Position numbers and translations under genes: made by a program. Shown here one piece after another: positions 1 through 14,614 of a DNA stretch of 63,454 bases. This DNA comes from Octopus bimaculoides (lineage: Eukaryota): positions 18,819,730-18,883,183 of the forward strand of contig NC_069006.1 in the NCBI RefSeq assembly GCF_001194135.2, given 5' to 3'. The notes beneath the pieces were generated by a model. That model was given only the letters and a program-made list of their open reading frames with translations, ran no database searches and was not told where the DNA came from. Within the stretch, counting starts at the first letter, position 1. The number at the start of each line of letters is the position of its first letter.

Positions 1-582
1 CATCATGATGTTTGGAGTGATCACTAGTGATGGCGATGTTATCATCTTCCCACACAGCCTCAGACTCAACACAGAGGCCTACATCGAATGCCTGGGGGAG
101 GTAGTGCTGCTCTGAATCAAGAGGGTGGCTGCTAGAAGACCCTATGTCTGGCAACAGGACTCTGCACCATGCCACACAAGCAGGAGAACCCAGTCGTGAC
201 TGTCAGACAATTTCTGAAACCACATCACCCATAACATCAGGCTACCTAACTCCCCAGACTGCAAACCCCTTGATTATTATGTGTGGGACAGAATTGAGTG
301 AGAGACCAAGAAAACTCCTTGTAACACCAAAGATGAGCTGAAAGCAAGGATTATGACAGCATTCAGCAACTTAAACAAGGAGACCATCCAGAAGAGTTGC
401 AGGAGATTCCGAAGTCGTCTGGAGGCCATGGTCGAAGCCAATGGCGATTTTGTAACATAGATTTACTCTTTAGTATTTCAAGATATTTTTATATAATTTT
501 GGTAAATATATCTGTTAAAATGAGATGTCAGTGTTATTTTCATTTTTGCATAATTTAGACAACAATTTATTCATGGCATCGT
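1..582 (+). mobile_element. Tc1/mariner-superfamily DNA transposon, degraded 3' part
   Basis: Transposase remnant MFGVITSDG...RRPYVWQQDSAPCHTSR...LEAMVEANGDF. Degenerate TIR followed by TA. Same family as 33536-33895. Confidence 0.8.
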
Positions 583-1008
583 TATATATATATATATAAA
601 ACGTTCTCTTTCCATGCTGGCATGTGTTGGATGGTTTGATAGGGTTCTGCTTAGCTACAGCAGTACCAATATCCAGATGTTAGAACTCAATACACTTAGA
701 CCTTGATATGGTTCTGAGGAAGCTATAAGATGTTGCTCTGACACTCAATTCTGGAGGTAACTTCTTACAATAGAAACAGCTATAAGCTGGAGTACTTGAA
801 AAGATATGCACCAGGTAGGGTAGGATAAACCTGTGGTTCCAGCCTATGGTTGGTAAGTATCAAATAGGATGTTCCAGTTGTGTACACAGAGAAAACCAAC
901 CCTATGAGTATTTAGTACCTAGGAGCTGGTCCAAAGTACACATTACATTGAATTGTATTTTCTTAGTATACGTTAGGGTGTCTGACAAGTTGTAAATCCC
1001 CTTGCTAT

Positions 1009-1056
<48 letters not shown>

Positions 1057-1359
1057 CATATGCATGCAGGCATATATATATACACACACGCATATATACA
1101 AACATATACAGGCATATATATTTACACACATACACACACACACACGTGTGTGTGTGTGTATATTATTTTTATAGGCATTGTTTTTACAGATGAATGCTCT
1201 TCCTGCCACTAATGGTTACTTGCATTTCAACTAAGAGATCTCTTATTCCACACATCTTTGAAGGCACAAAGCCAGTTGATTATTTGTTAGCAAAGGAAAT
1301 GACAACATCAGCGTTTGGTGCTAAGCAATTTTGGAGAAGCACAAATGTAAACAAACTCA

Positions 1360-1390
<31 letters not shown>

Positions 1391-1421
1391 TCATAAGCAT
1401 ACATAAATATCTTTATCTATC

Positions 1422-1459
<38 letters not shown>

Positions 1460-1603
1460 CACGCACACATATGTACGTGTGTGTGAGAGACAGAAAGAGA
1501 GTTTTCCATCTACTAAATTCATTCAGATGGTTTGGCCAGCCCAGAGTTCTAGCATGCAATAAGACTGGACTCAAGACCACATGACTGCACAATAAATATT
1601 GCC

Positions 1604-1641
<38 letters not shown>

Positions 1642-1645
1642 TATC

Positions 1646-2046
1646 TTTAACTTGTTCCCATCATTGGACTGTGGCTATACTTGAATACTGCATTGAAGGG
1701 TTCCAGTTGAACTAATTGACCCCGTTACTTATTTCTTAAAGTCTGGCACTTATTCTATTATTCTACTGGTGTTTTTAGCTAAAGTGTTAAGTTACAGGTA
1801 CATAAAGAAACCAACATCAATTGTTAAACAGAGGTGACGAGCAAACACAATGAGATGCATGCATATATATACATACATACATACATACATACGTGCGTGT
1901 GTGACAGGCTTCTTTCAGTTTCTGTCCACCAAATTCACTCACAAGGCTTTGGTTAACTACGGCTATAGTAGAAGACTTTTGCCCAAGGCGTGGTGCAGTG
2001 GGATAAAATCCACAACCATGTGGTTGAGAAGCAAACTTTTTACACA
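1646..2046 (-). mobile_element. tRNA-headed SINE, family C (internal CA/TG tract)
   Basis: Matches other copies at about 7190-7565(+), 20520-20735(+), 23205-23400(-), 24275-24572(+), 31245-31470(-), 42805-43110(-), 43900-44292(-), 45625-45930(+) and 58190-58495(-). Confidence 0.75.
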
Positions 2047-2217
2047 CATAATATATATATATATAATCAATCGAAAAGAAATAAAAATCATTTCCTTAAA
2101 ATGGACGTAAAAGCGATGTAAAACATTCAATTTTCACTGGTTCTTCAATATAATTATATTATATTATATTGTAAATAAATTTTTAATATGTCAATTGTAT
2201 TTTTCTATTTCCTTTAA

Positions 2218-3545
<1,328 letters not shown>

Positions 3546-3729
3546 ATGTTTATATATGAAATGTTTGCAGTAAGTCAGTGCCTTACCTGAAAAGTTGTTT
3601 CTCTGACAGCTCTGTCTAGTTGACTATAAAGTTACCTAACGCCTCTGTGGAATGGATGTAGCAACACAGATTTTTTTAATGGGGCTGGCGGGAGAGGGGC
3701 AACGGCTGGCTGTCTTTAGACTTAGCGCC

Positions 3730-3776
3730 ATCAGAAGTAGTAGTAGTAGCTGTAGTAGTAGTAGTAGTAATATTGA

Positions 3777-3809
<33 letters not shown>

Positions 3810-4550
3810 GAATGATGAAGGGATTAAGGAGATCTGTGTGGTGGTGGTGGTGGTGGTGCTGCTGCTGGTGGTGATGGTGTTAGGGTGGAATGAGGGTGGG
3901 AATGGTAAAAAAATCAACTGCAATGGTGGTAACAGTGGTGATAGTGGTGTTTGTGGAGATGATGATGGTGCTGATGGTGTTGTGGTGGTGATGGAGGAGG
4001 AGGAGGGAGAGGAGGTGTGGTGGTAGTGATTATAGAGTTGCTGCTGCGATGATGATGATGGTGGTGCTGGTGATGGTGATGGATTGGTGCTGAATGCGTT
4101 GTTGCTGTCAGTGGTGCTGATGATGGTGGTAGTAGTGATGTTGTTGGTGTTGGTGGCGTTGATGATGAGGGATGCTGATAATATTGGTGATGATGATGAT
4201 GATGATGATGATGATGGTATTAGTGGTGATGATGTTTTGCTGGTGGTGGTGTTAGCAGTGATGGTAGTATTGGTTGTGGTGTTGGTAGTAGTGGTGGTGA
4301 TTGTGGTGGTAGTGTTGTTGTTGTTGGTAATGGTAGTGTTGGTGGAGGTGATGGTGGTGGTGGTATTGTTGTTGGTGGTAGTGTTGCTGGTGGTAATGGT
4401 TTTGGTGGTGGTGGTTGGTTTTGTCACTAGTGGGGTAGTGGTACTGTTGGTGAGGGTATTGGCATTTATGATGGTGTGGGTGAGTGATTATGAGAGTGCT
4501 GCTGACGGTGGTGTTATAGATGCAGAAATGCGGAGGTGGAGGTGGTGATG
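3730..4550. repeat. Mixed trinucleotide low-complexity tract (AGT/GGT/GAT/GTT)
   Basis: Directly visible. Similar tracts at about 16690-17350, 18700-19300, 59040-60060 and 62340-63420. Confidence 0.9.
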
Positions 4551-5199
4551 CTTACTGTTCTCTCTCACCCTTTCTCTCTCCCTCTCTCTCTCTCTCTGGT
4601 GCTGGTTTGGCTGGTCTGTGTCGGGGTGTGGGTGTAGTAAGCTGTGTAGGTAGGTGAGCAGGGTAAATAGATGAAGATGAAGGTGAGTTGAGGTAAGTAA
4701 TGGTTTCCATGAGATATAAACAAAACAGGGGTGGGGAGTGGAAGGAGATTGTTTTTTTGGACACTTTTCAGTTTTTTTTTTACCTTCTGTTTATTTTATT
4801 TAAGGAAAAAAAACATCACAACAATATCCACAACTATTATTTATACATACACCACAACTACCATCAAAACTACCATCAGCATCATCACTACCCTTATCCT
4901 CACCACCACCATCATCATCATTTTACAGAAAAAAAAGGGACATTGTTTACTGTGGTCCAAGATGCATTATGCCTTTAATAAAAAGAAAAAAAGAAACAGA
5001 AAAATAGACGGTCAAGTTTGGAATGTCTTTGATTATGTATCAGCCTCCTTGATCAGGACTCATCTGAGGGACAAATAATTCCAACAACAATGTCAATAAT
5101 GTCAACAAACAGTAGTAACAACGTCATCACTGCCAACAAAAACAATATAACCAACTGTTATATTGAACAAAATAAATAAGCCACATGCTGACAGTGAAG

Positions 5200-5880
5200 A
5201 TGTAAAAATACCAGTAATTACACACAACACACACAGCATATGTAGAAGACATAGTAAAGGAAAACAAAATGACATATGAACATACTTAGAGCAAACACAG
5301 GTACCATATTCGGTTAATGCAAAGAAACTGCTACAAATGATGTACAAGAGACAAATGTTGTACAAAAGACACTAGTACTCTGTCAGTTACAATGGTGAGG
5401 GTTCTAGTTGATCCAATCAATGGAATAGCCAGCTCATGAAATTAATGTGTAAGTGGTTGAGCACTCCACAAATATGAGTACTCTTAAAAAAAAGTTCTTA
5501 GGGAGATTCAGCATGACACAGAATGTGACAAGGCTGGCCCTTTGATATACAGGTACGACATACAGGTACGACATACAGGTACGACATATTTTTGTAAGCT
5601 GAGTGGACTGGAGTGATGTGAAGTAAAACATATGTAGGAGACATAGCAAAGGAAAACAAAATAACATGTAATCATACTTCGAGCACACACAAGTACCAGA
5701 TTCGGCCAACACAAAGAAATAGTAACAAATGATGTACAAGAGACAAGTGTTGTGCAAAAGACACTGGCACTGAGTTACGATGATGAAGGTCTCAGTTGAT
5801 CTGATAAACAGAACAGCCTGCTCGTGAAATTAACATGCAAGTGGCAGAGCACTCCACAGATATGCGTACACTTTTTTGTG
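5200..5880. repeat. Two diverged direct copies of a ~230-bp unit (period ~390 bp) with a GTACGACATACAG triplication between them
   Basis: aaggaaaacaaaat...gagcactccaca is seen at about 5258-5472 and 5649-5860. The 3' part resembles SINE sequence. Confidence 0.8.
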
Positions 5881-8129
5881 TACATTTTCATCATTTATTT
5901 CAATGCAAATGCCTGCTTATTGAGTACTTTTTGTTGTTGCTGTTGCTATAACTATTATCATCGTTATTATGCTGAGCAGCATTGCTTCCAGCTTATTACA
6001 TTCTGAGTTCAAATGCTGCCAAGGTCTACTTTGCCTTTCATCCTTTTGAGGTTGATGGAATAAGTACCGGTTGAGTACTGGGTCAATGTAATTGATTATC
6101 CCCCACCCCAAAATTCCAGGCTTTATGCCTATTGTAGAAATGCTGGAGAGAGTGGAGGCCAACCTCCTAGAAAACCTTCAGAAATGCATCAATGAAAACA
6201 AACACCACATGATGGATGTTGTTTTCCACACTTGATTTTGACACATGCTAATTCAGTATGAACACGTTGAGGAATAAGTGGGCAAAGAAGAGATGAAAGA
6301 TGAGCAATATAATGTATTCCTCCACGAGATACAATTCACATTATTTTAAAGTTTTCAATATTGCTGTCTTTTAGATTCCATACATAGTTTGACAATGAAG
6401 TAGTATTTCCTCTTTGTTAGTATTTGAAAGTGTATGTGTCAAATAAATCTTTTTTTAAATGGGTGCATTGTAAGTTTAATGTAAGACTTCACTGCAGTAT
6501 GTTTTTGAGAACATTCATTTTGTATACCACCAAAGATTTAGAAAGGCAGACACAACTGAGAGCACAAAATGTGGAATCAAAATATTTGCAGCATGGAAAA
6601 TTATTTAGAGGATTTCTTTGGATACAATGTAGGTAAATTTCTTACCAGTAATTGTAGTAATGAAAGCTGCCAAATTGATAGTACACTTAATTACTTTCAA
6701 ATTGTTTTTGCTAAAGATATAGTGATATTAGTGTTTTGTTGGGAAATGTTTATAGCTTACACTTGAGAAGAGTGTAACAATGTTAGTGCAGGCTTCAAAA
6801 CTAAAAGTGTAATTGCTACATAATTTTTTGTCTTTATTTCTGTTTCAACAGATCTACTTAATTTACTTTTGATTTTAATATATATTATCATTAAACATGT
6901 TGTTTTAGGCATTTAACCAGCATGGTTAAATGAATTTTCATTGAAAGAAAATATTGGAAATCTGCCTGTTAATATTACTTTTAAGGTTTAATACATAGGT
7001 GGGGTGATTTGAAAGTTTCTAAGTTTATGAATATAAATATACTAGAGCATATATGTGTGTGTGTGTGTGTGTGACTGCGTATGTGAGTGTGTGTGTGTGT
7101 GTATGTAAGTATATATGCATATATGCATATATATGCACACACAAAAACAGATGTGCAGGCATAATTGAATGCTTCAATGCTCACTTTGCAACCATGTGGT
7201 TTTGGGTTCATTACCATGGTGGTTTTGGGTTCAGTGAAGTACCTTGGGTAAATGTCTTTTACTATAGTACTGGGCCAACCAATGCCTAAGTTAATTTGGT
7301 AGGCAGAAACTGTGTGCAAGCCCATGATATATGTGTGTGTATGCCTCTGTGTGTGTTTGTCCCTTACCACTAACACCACTTGACAACCAATGTCAGTTGG
7401 TTTACCTCTCCCAGTAACCTAGCAGTTCAAAAAAAAAAAAAAGAGAGATTGAGAAAATAAGTACCTGATTTTTAAAAAGCACTGAAATCAATTTGTTTGA
7501 CTAAAACCTTAAGGTGGTGCCCCAGCATGGCTGCAGTCCAAAGACAAACAAGTAAAAGATAAAAAGATATATATATATATAAACCAAGCATTTTAGAGAA
7601 TAATATATTGAACTCTCATTATATAAGAAGGAATGTTTACTTAGTGTTTTCTTCCAAAGTAATTTGTTTATAGACACAGTTTGCTTTAAGAGAAGCTACA
7701 TATGTAATGTTCTTTCAGGCAGTGTATGTGCTTTCTTTTCATGAGATCAGTAGAGAAAACAACTTTATTAATATTACTCTATTTTCACTTGTGCATGTGT
7801 GTGTGGGTACATAAAAGCATGTATACACACATTTATATTCATTTATTATTCTTTAACTAGGCTAGTGTAGACAGTGGCTTCGAAGTTTCAGCATGCTTAG
7901 TCTTCATTGAATAATTCTTCAGTTTAATGTAAATTGTTTTTATAATAATAATTTATTATACATAAACACATATATAAGTGAATATGAGTTTTTATTACGA
8001 TTCATCATCATCATCTTCTTCACCACCACCATCACCATCAAGAGCTGGCAAGCCAGGGGACTGCACCAAGATCCACTGTCTGTTTTGGCATGTTTTTTAC
8101 AGTTGCATGCTCTTCCTAATGCCAACCAC

Positions 8130-10015
8130 TTTACATTGTGGCCTGTGTATATAAGTTTTCCTTTTTGTCAAAGTTATTGTATGAAAACACAGAAGTATTC
8201 AATACAGCTTTATGGTCAACATGTATAGAGGTTATATGTTATATAAAATTAGCCAACAAGGAGAAACTGCACATGTAATATATACATATGTATGGTGCTA
8301 TATATTTGCAACATAAAACTGTATTGAGTACTTTTACATTTTGTACAATATCTTTGCACATAAACATTACACATCATTACATAATACAGATGATAGAAAG
8401 AATGGATGTGAATTACTGCATTCAAATACCATACAGGAAAAATCTACTTAAATGCACTCATTGAAAAACAGAAAATACGATATAACATATGTGCTAGAAG
8501 ACCTATGTCCTCAAAAACAAAAACTACACAGGAAGAAAGATGATTCTAGCTTCAAATTCTGAAAATGCTTACTGCAAAAGAAAGAACTGGATACTTTGAA
8601 ATGACTTCCTTAATTCAATAAAGAATATGTATTTTAGCAATTAAAACAACTGCTTCTTAACACTTTTCTTGCTATATTTTCAATGAAATATACTACTTTT
8701 ATTTCAATTAATTGTGAAAATAACGACAAATTTAGTAAAACAACTTTGTCGTTATTAAACACAAGTTCAGAGCATGGAAGCTTGATGCAAGGTTTTAGAT
8801 TAATTTAAAGCAGGAAGTTTTTGTTTCTTTTTGTTTTTTGTTTTTAACATAGAACCAAGGGCAATCTCAGGTAGTTTGGTATTAAAAGGATTAAACAAGT
8901 AAAATTTGGGATTTAAAAACAGTAACAGTCACCCCACCCAAAAGTACCTATTCATGTTTGCAGACAATACAATACAAGTTTCTTGTATGATATAAGCAAA
9001 AACACTTGCAAAAGCCTTTTTAAACAATACAAGTAGCAAAACTTAGAATGAACTTGTAGTGAAATATATAGTCAGTACAAGATGTTGATGTGGCTGCATG
9101 TATGCTATTGCAAGAGTTCATAGAGAGATGAAAGAATAAATTCAAGATCTATATATTTACTACATAAAGATATATTTTATTCCTCTATCGATAATGATAC
9201 AGGGAATCAAACTGTAGAAGCTAGTTGAATGAAGTAATCTATGCAAGAAAGTTTAGAAATAGAAAATGTAGAATAACAGCTAAGTAGTGATGTAGAGAAG
9301 TAAACAGACATAGCATTGACGTGGATGGCTCTAAGTGTAATCAACTAAGAAGCATAAAGATGGGCTAAGCTGTTTTTATTAATGGAACGCTAGCCATTCT
9401 AGAAACTTCCTAGAGAAACGCAATGCTTCTTGAATAATTAAGAATCACGTCTCATGATACAGATGCTTCAAGAAACTTAGAGAAGGGAGGTTATTCTATG
9501 ATCTTTCTTACAAGGGAGGTCATTCAACTATCTAGCTAGAAACTCAATACAGAAGTACAACATTGGCACACATATCTATAAGCAATAATTGATGACTTAT
9601 GACACTAGAAATGGCAGTCAACACAAGCAACAACAGATTCATTGAAAAGTTAATTTGGTAACTTGGTTTTATATGAGAACAACACACAGCCTAAACAAAT
9701 ATCCAATTGCCCATCAAACCTCGCCATAAACTGATAACCACAAAAGATAACATCCAACACAAACTAAATTGTCTTGCAGAAAAACGGACTTCATCACACA
9801 GAAGGACAAGAAAATGTTCCCAAAATCTCAGCTAAATGTAGACACATTAAATCTTTTCAAAAGTGGTTTTCATTATAGTCAAAATGATCTTGGATCAAGT
9901 AAATATTGACACAATGCAATCAGCTAATTTGAACCTGTGGTACAACACTGACAAAGCTGTCATTTGAATGCACTCAAATTGATCAGAATTGAAAACAATT
10001 ACAAATTTATCCGAA
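8130..10015 (-). other. Putative 3' UTR of the Ig-domain gene
   Basis: Microsatellite-free unique sequence, U-rich on the minus strand. AATAAA on the minus strand at 9375-9380 and 8698-8703. Confidence 0.35.
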
Positions 10016-10099
10016 TCAGAGACATTGATTAGTATCTTCACACAAGCCAGAAGTGCCATTAATTTCACCAAAATATAGTCTAATACCAAACAAAGCAAC
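10016..10099 (-). CDS. Probable terminal coding exon (VALFGIRLYFGEINGTSGLCEDTNQCL*)
   Basis: Acceptor cctgcag|GTT is phase 0, matching the 32500 donor. It is followed by about 2 kb of unique, repeat-poor sequence that is U-rich on the minus strand. The link across 22.4 kb is inferred. Confidence 0.45.
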   Translation of the reverse strand, partial: VALFGIRLYFGEINGTSGLCEDTNQCL

Positions 10100-10662
10100 C
10101 TGCAGGATATTATGTATGCCAGAAGAACACGGCCTTTTAAAGAAGATACTTACTTTCTGGTTTAAGAAGACAGAATTTAGGATGCATCATGGGTAGCTTT
10201 GATGAGGCCAAGCAATGAGAGCATATAGCATTGCCTCTATATGCAACAAAATGGAGTGTGCTTTTAGTGGTATTATTGAGGTTTGTACAGGGATAATGTG
10301 CTCATAATTTTGAATACTATGGGAACTCCCCCAGCTAACAACCCTGGGAAATGAATAATTACAACATTAAAAAAATTTGGGCCTGTGGTGATAGCAAAGC
10401 AAATATTATGAGTGTCAACCTCCTGGAAGTTACATTTTAACTTGGACTACAAATCACATTAGCACTTCAAGAAACCAAATAATACTGCACTGTATAGTCG
10501 CATGCAAACCAATCATCCATCAAGCACCATCAAATGTCAGTACAAGAGGATACAAGCCTAATTATTAAGCCACCTTCGACAGAACTGCAAAACACTGAAG
10601 TACTATTATATGTGGATGTATAGGCATCTCTGAGTGTACGTGTATATACACGCACATACACA

Positions 10663-10766
10663 CAATAACAATAGTACCAACACAGCATGATCATAGACAA
10701 ATATATATACGGAAATCATATACCATATGTTTGATAAATATATACTTAGTCTTGTAAATATATTTA

Positions 10767-10798
<32 letters not shown>

Positions 10799-11116
10799 NN
10801 NNNNNNNNNNNNNNNNNNNNNNNNNNNNNNNNNNNNNNNNNNNNNNNNNNNNNNNNNNNNNNNNNNNNNNNNNNNNNNNNNNNNNNNNNNNNNNNNNNNN
10901 NNNNNNNNNNNNNNNNNNNNNNNNNNNNNNNNNNNNNNNNNNNNNNNNNNNNNNNNNNNNNNNNNNNNNNNNNNNNNNNNNNNNNNNNNNNNNNNATATA
11001 TATATATTAAAATAAATATATTAACAAAACTAAGTATATGTTTATTAAACATATGGCTTATGATTTCCGTATACATATCTATTTATGACCATGTTATGTT
11101 GGTATTATTGCTATTG
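10663..11116. repeat. Diverged inverted repeat (~115-bp arms) around a (TA)n tract and gap; foldback/MITE-like
   Basis: Left arm caataacaatagtaccaac...ttattttaatata is the reverse complement, with mismatches, of tatattaaaataa...gttggtattattgctattg. Confidence 0.85.
10799..10995. other. Assembly gap; others at 25815-26233, 26718-26727, 47351-47360, 51177-51347, 52907-53569, 58600-58625 and 61991-62105
   Basis: Runs of N. X-containing ORFs spanning them are artefacts. Confidence 1.
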
Positions 11117-12042
11117 AATGTATGTTTGTATGTATGTATGTATGTATGTATGTATGTACTCTCACATACACGCACATATAGACACACACGTACTCTCACA
11201 TACACAGACGAAAGGAATGACGTTGGTGTAGAATGTCCCATGTGTAAAGCTGAGATTAAAAATTCTCAGATAATTGAAAACAATATAATTATGTGACACA
11301 CACATACATACACACATGCGTATCCACTTGTCCTTTCACATCATTGGTTAAGATCCTACTTCAATCACTAACCCTACCACCACCACATATCATCCCTCAG
11401 CAGTTTCTTGCCCCCTCATCTCTTTTTTCTCCCCTCTTCAGGATTTCTTTTTCAGTCTTCTCATTTCCACCACCACAATTAACTCACTCGCTCCCTCCCC
11501 TGTAGTGGCACACTTTTAACACCTCTCAACTGTGTAATGTAGTGTTACCCTCTCCACTACTTTCTCTTTTCCTCTCCCTCTTCACCTCCTTCTCTCTCTC
11601 GTTTTCCCTATTGACCCTGTATCTTCTTGCCCCCACCTGAAAGAAGTGTTTCTAGCTTTTTAGACACCACCACCGTCACCCTCACAACCTTTTCTCACAG
11701 AACCTATTCTCTGACTTTTCTTTTATCCACTGCTTTTTTATGTCACTACCACCACCCCTATCACTATCATCATCATTACTACTACTACTACTACTAATAA
11801 TAATAATAATAATAATACTAACATCTTTACCATCATACAACAACACTACAACTACTGCTGCTGGTACCCTTCCCTTGGTTATTTCCCTTTGTATTCCTTG
11901 GACTTTCACTTTACTACATCCTACTCACCTCCACTTATACCCACACATACACATAAGTACATGCACAAATACATATACAGGCATGCACACACACACACAC
12001 ACACACACAATTTCACATACATACATATATATACATATATAC

Positions 12043-12140
<98 letters not shown>

Positions 12141-13796
12141 TATGTATACACACACACACACAAATATCTTAATCATCATCATGTAACATCCGTTATCCAC
12201 GATGGCTTGGTTTCAATGGTTGGATGCCCTTACTTAGTGCCAACAACTTTTCCAAAGCGCCCGTCTAGTCACCAAATAATTTGTAAAACAAAGATCCCTA
12301 ACTGGGAGGGGGAATAGTATTGAAGGAGGCAGTTGAGAAGTTAAAGTATAATAAGAGGGATACAAATAGGTGTCTTGCTACAGAGGGGATTCTTGGTTAC
12401 CCTGGTTGGAAAAGAAAAGAGAAATGAGTTAGTAAGAAAGATAGGCAGACTGAGTGAGTGAGAGATAGATGATGATGGGAATGTGTTGGGGCATACCGAC
12501 AAGGTACAGATGAGGTGATTACAAATAGTACAGAGAACTGGACGAGATGAGTGAGCAGAGAGAGATGTTTCATAAGAGTATGAGGGTAGATGGTTTGAGA
12601 TGGGACACACACACACACACACACATATATGTATATATACCTGCAATTATTGAAGCACTTGGATATGTAACTAACTGCTTCAGCATCATTCATGAGATGC
12701 TGGGCTTCACAAAGTTAGAAAGCAAGGACACGGCTAATTAAGAAATAGGTTGCGAGACATCAATGGAACTGTGAAATATGTAATTCATTCCAGACGGTTA
12801 CCATGTATTAAGTGCATATACATACAGATAGACATAATATAAATATGAGTGTGTGTGTGTATATATATGTCAAAGCATACAGATCCACACATGCCTATAT
12901 CCACACTTGCACATACATATGTGCAAATAAGTACATGCATACATAAATATATATATATGTATATACACCATCATCATCATCGTTTAATGTCTGCTTTCCA
13001 AACTGATGTGCATTCTCCAAATCCTATCTATTAGTGGCATAGTGAAGATTTGTAAGACGTTTCAAAGATTCTTCATCTGAGATTCTTTAGAAGACTAGAT
13101 GCACTCACTACAGGAAAAAGAAAATGTTTATGGATCATTGAGGAGTGTGGAATATACATTTATCCATTATTTAATAGGTAAATGTATGCTCATCAGTTGA
13201 GAGAAGATTACTGGCTGTGGTGAAAGCAAAAGATGGACATTTTGAATTGTAAATGTGTGTAAAACATTGTCATTGAACATTAATCTGCAATGAGCAAGCT
13301 TTTATTAACCAAAACCTAAAACTTTAGTTTATGATAAAATGAATAATGGGTAAATTTATAAATATATATGCTGCACCTGGTATGTGTTTGTGTGTGAAGC
13401 AGGAATATTTGGGAGCCCCAAACACCTAGAAATTGCGATGTTCCAAAGAGAGATTGAGAGAAAGAAGTGACCACTCAAATCTCTGGTAGAACTGGATGAT
13501 GTTAACAATGTCATCATTTTCTCAATTTGAAATACATAGCTATATACAGAGCTGTTTTTCTGCTAATCAGTAGTGGCTGAAAGTCAACCAGAAACATCAT
13601 TGCATTGTTCACGATTCCTCAACAACAATGATGAGAATGTGACCATAGTGGACAAGACCACTGGATGACACTGATGACGATGACAGCTTAAACCACCTAG
13701 CTGCTATTGATGACCTCCTTACATCTGATGATATGGGCATGTCCTATGTGCCCACAAAACTAAGTCGTGTGGAACTGAGTCAAATTGTTATATACC

Positions 13797-14290
13797 TCAT
13801 CATCATCATCACCATCATTTAACGTCCGTTGTCCATAATGTCATAGGTTGGATGGTTTGATCAATGCTGCCAAGGTAGCAGGATGTGTCTGCACCAGACT
13901 CCAGTCTGATTTGGCATGGTTTCTACAGCTGGATATCCTTCCTAATGCCAATGACTTTACAGAGTGTGCTGAATGCTTTTATGTAGAACTGCACAGGTGC
14001 TTTTATGTGGCACCACATGAGCACTTTTATGTGGAACCCTACAGGCACTTTTACATGGCACCGTCACAAGTCCTTTACACCACCAGAAGGATTGGTCTTA
14101 ACATTTCTGCTGTGGGGTGTGGCCAGGCACCAGGTATCTTGGCCCTTGGTCATGTTGCCTGAAAGGTTCAACTTCCTGAGGTCATTCTTCAGTATTTCAT
14201 CCCATGTCTTCCTGGGTCTCCTACTTCCATATATTCCATCGAGTTTGAGAGATCAGCACATCATGGAGCTGTCGACATCTACCTGTATCA
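13797..14290 (-). mobile_element. RTE-clade LINE 3' end with (ATG)n tail
   Basis: Minus strand reads SRRPRKTWDEILKNDLRKLNL, similar to the RTE C-terminal GRPRKTW motif. The tail appears as (CAT)n on the plus strand. Confidence 0.7.
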
Positions 14291-14562
14291 CATGACCAAA
14301 CCAGTGCAGTGTTTGTATGTATATATATAAGCCTGTATATGTGTGTAAGTCTATATCTATCAATTGCAGTTCTAAGTACTCCAGTACTTAAAGCAGAACA
14401 TATGAAAGCCATATAGTTTTAAGTAGGAAACATCCAGCATGTATCTTCTTACAACCAGACTCATAAAACTGAATGATTTCTATTAAAATCGAATTTTCTT
14501 AATTGCATGCCTGTTTTTTATCCTATATTTGCCCTTCAAGCCCTGCAATCACACACACACAC

Positions 14563-14614
<52 letters not shown>

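Noticed and set aside
3586-4700. 263-aa Thr/Ser-rich ORF and strong-looking donors (minus CAG|GTAAGG near 3587; plus GAG|GTAAGT near 4693)
   Set aside because: The ORF is trinucleotide low-complexity sequence like other tracts in the window. I could not build a stop-free exon with matching acceptor and donor.
4928-5078. Possible plus-strand exon (KKKGHCLLWSKMHYAF...RDK*)
   Set aside because: Short, A-run driven, with no recognisable domain or partner exons.
6498-6632. Possible plus-strand small exon (cag|...TGTAG|gtaaat)
   Set aside because: Splice-like sites occur by chance in AT-rich DNA; there is no recognisable peptide or phase-linked neighbour.
10606-11296. Long ORFs spanning N runs here and at 25.5-26.4, 51.1-51.6 and 52.8-53.7 kb
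   Set aside because: They are artefacts of gaps translated as X.
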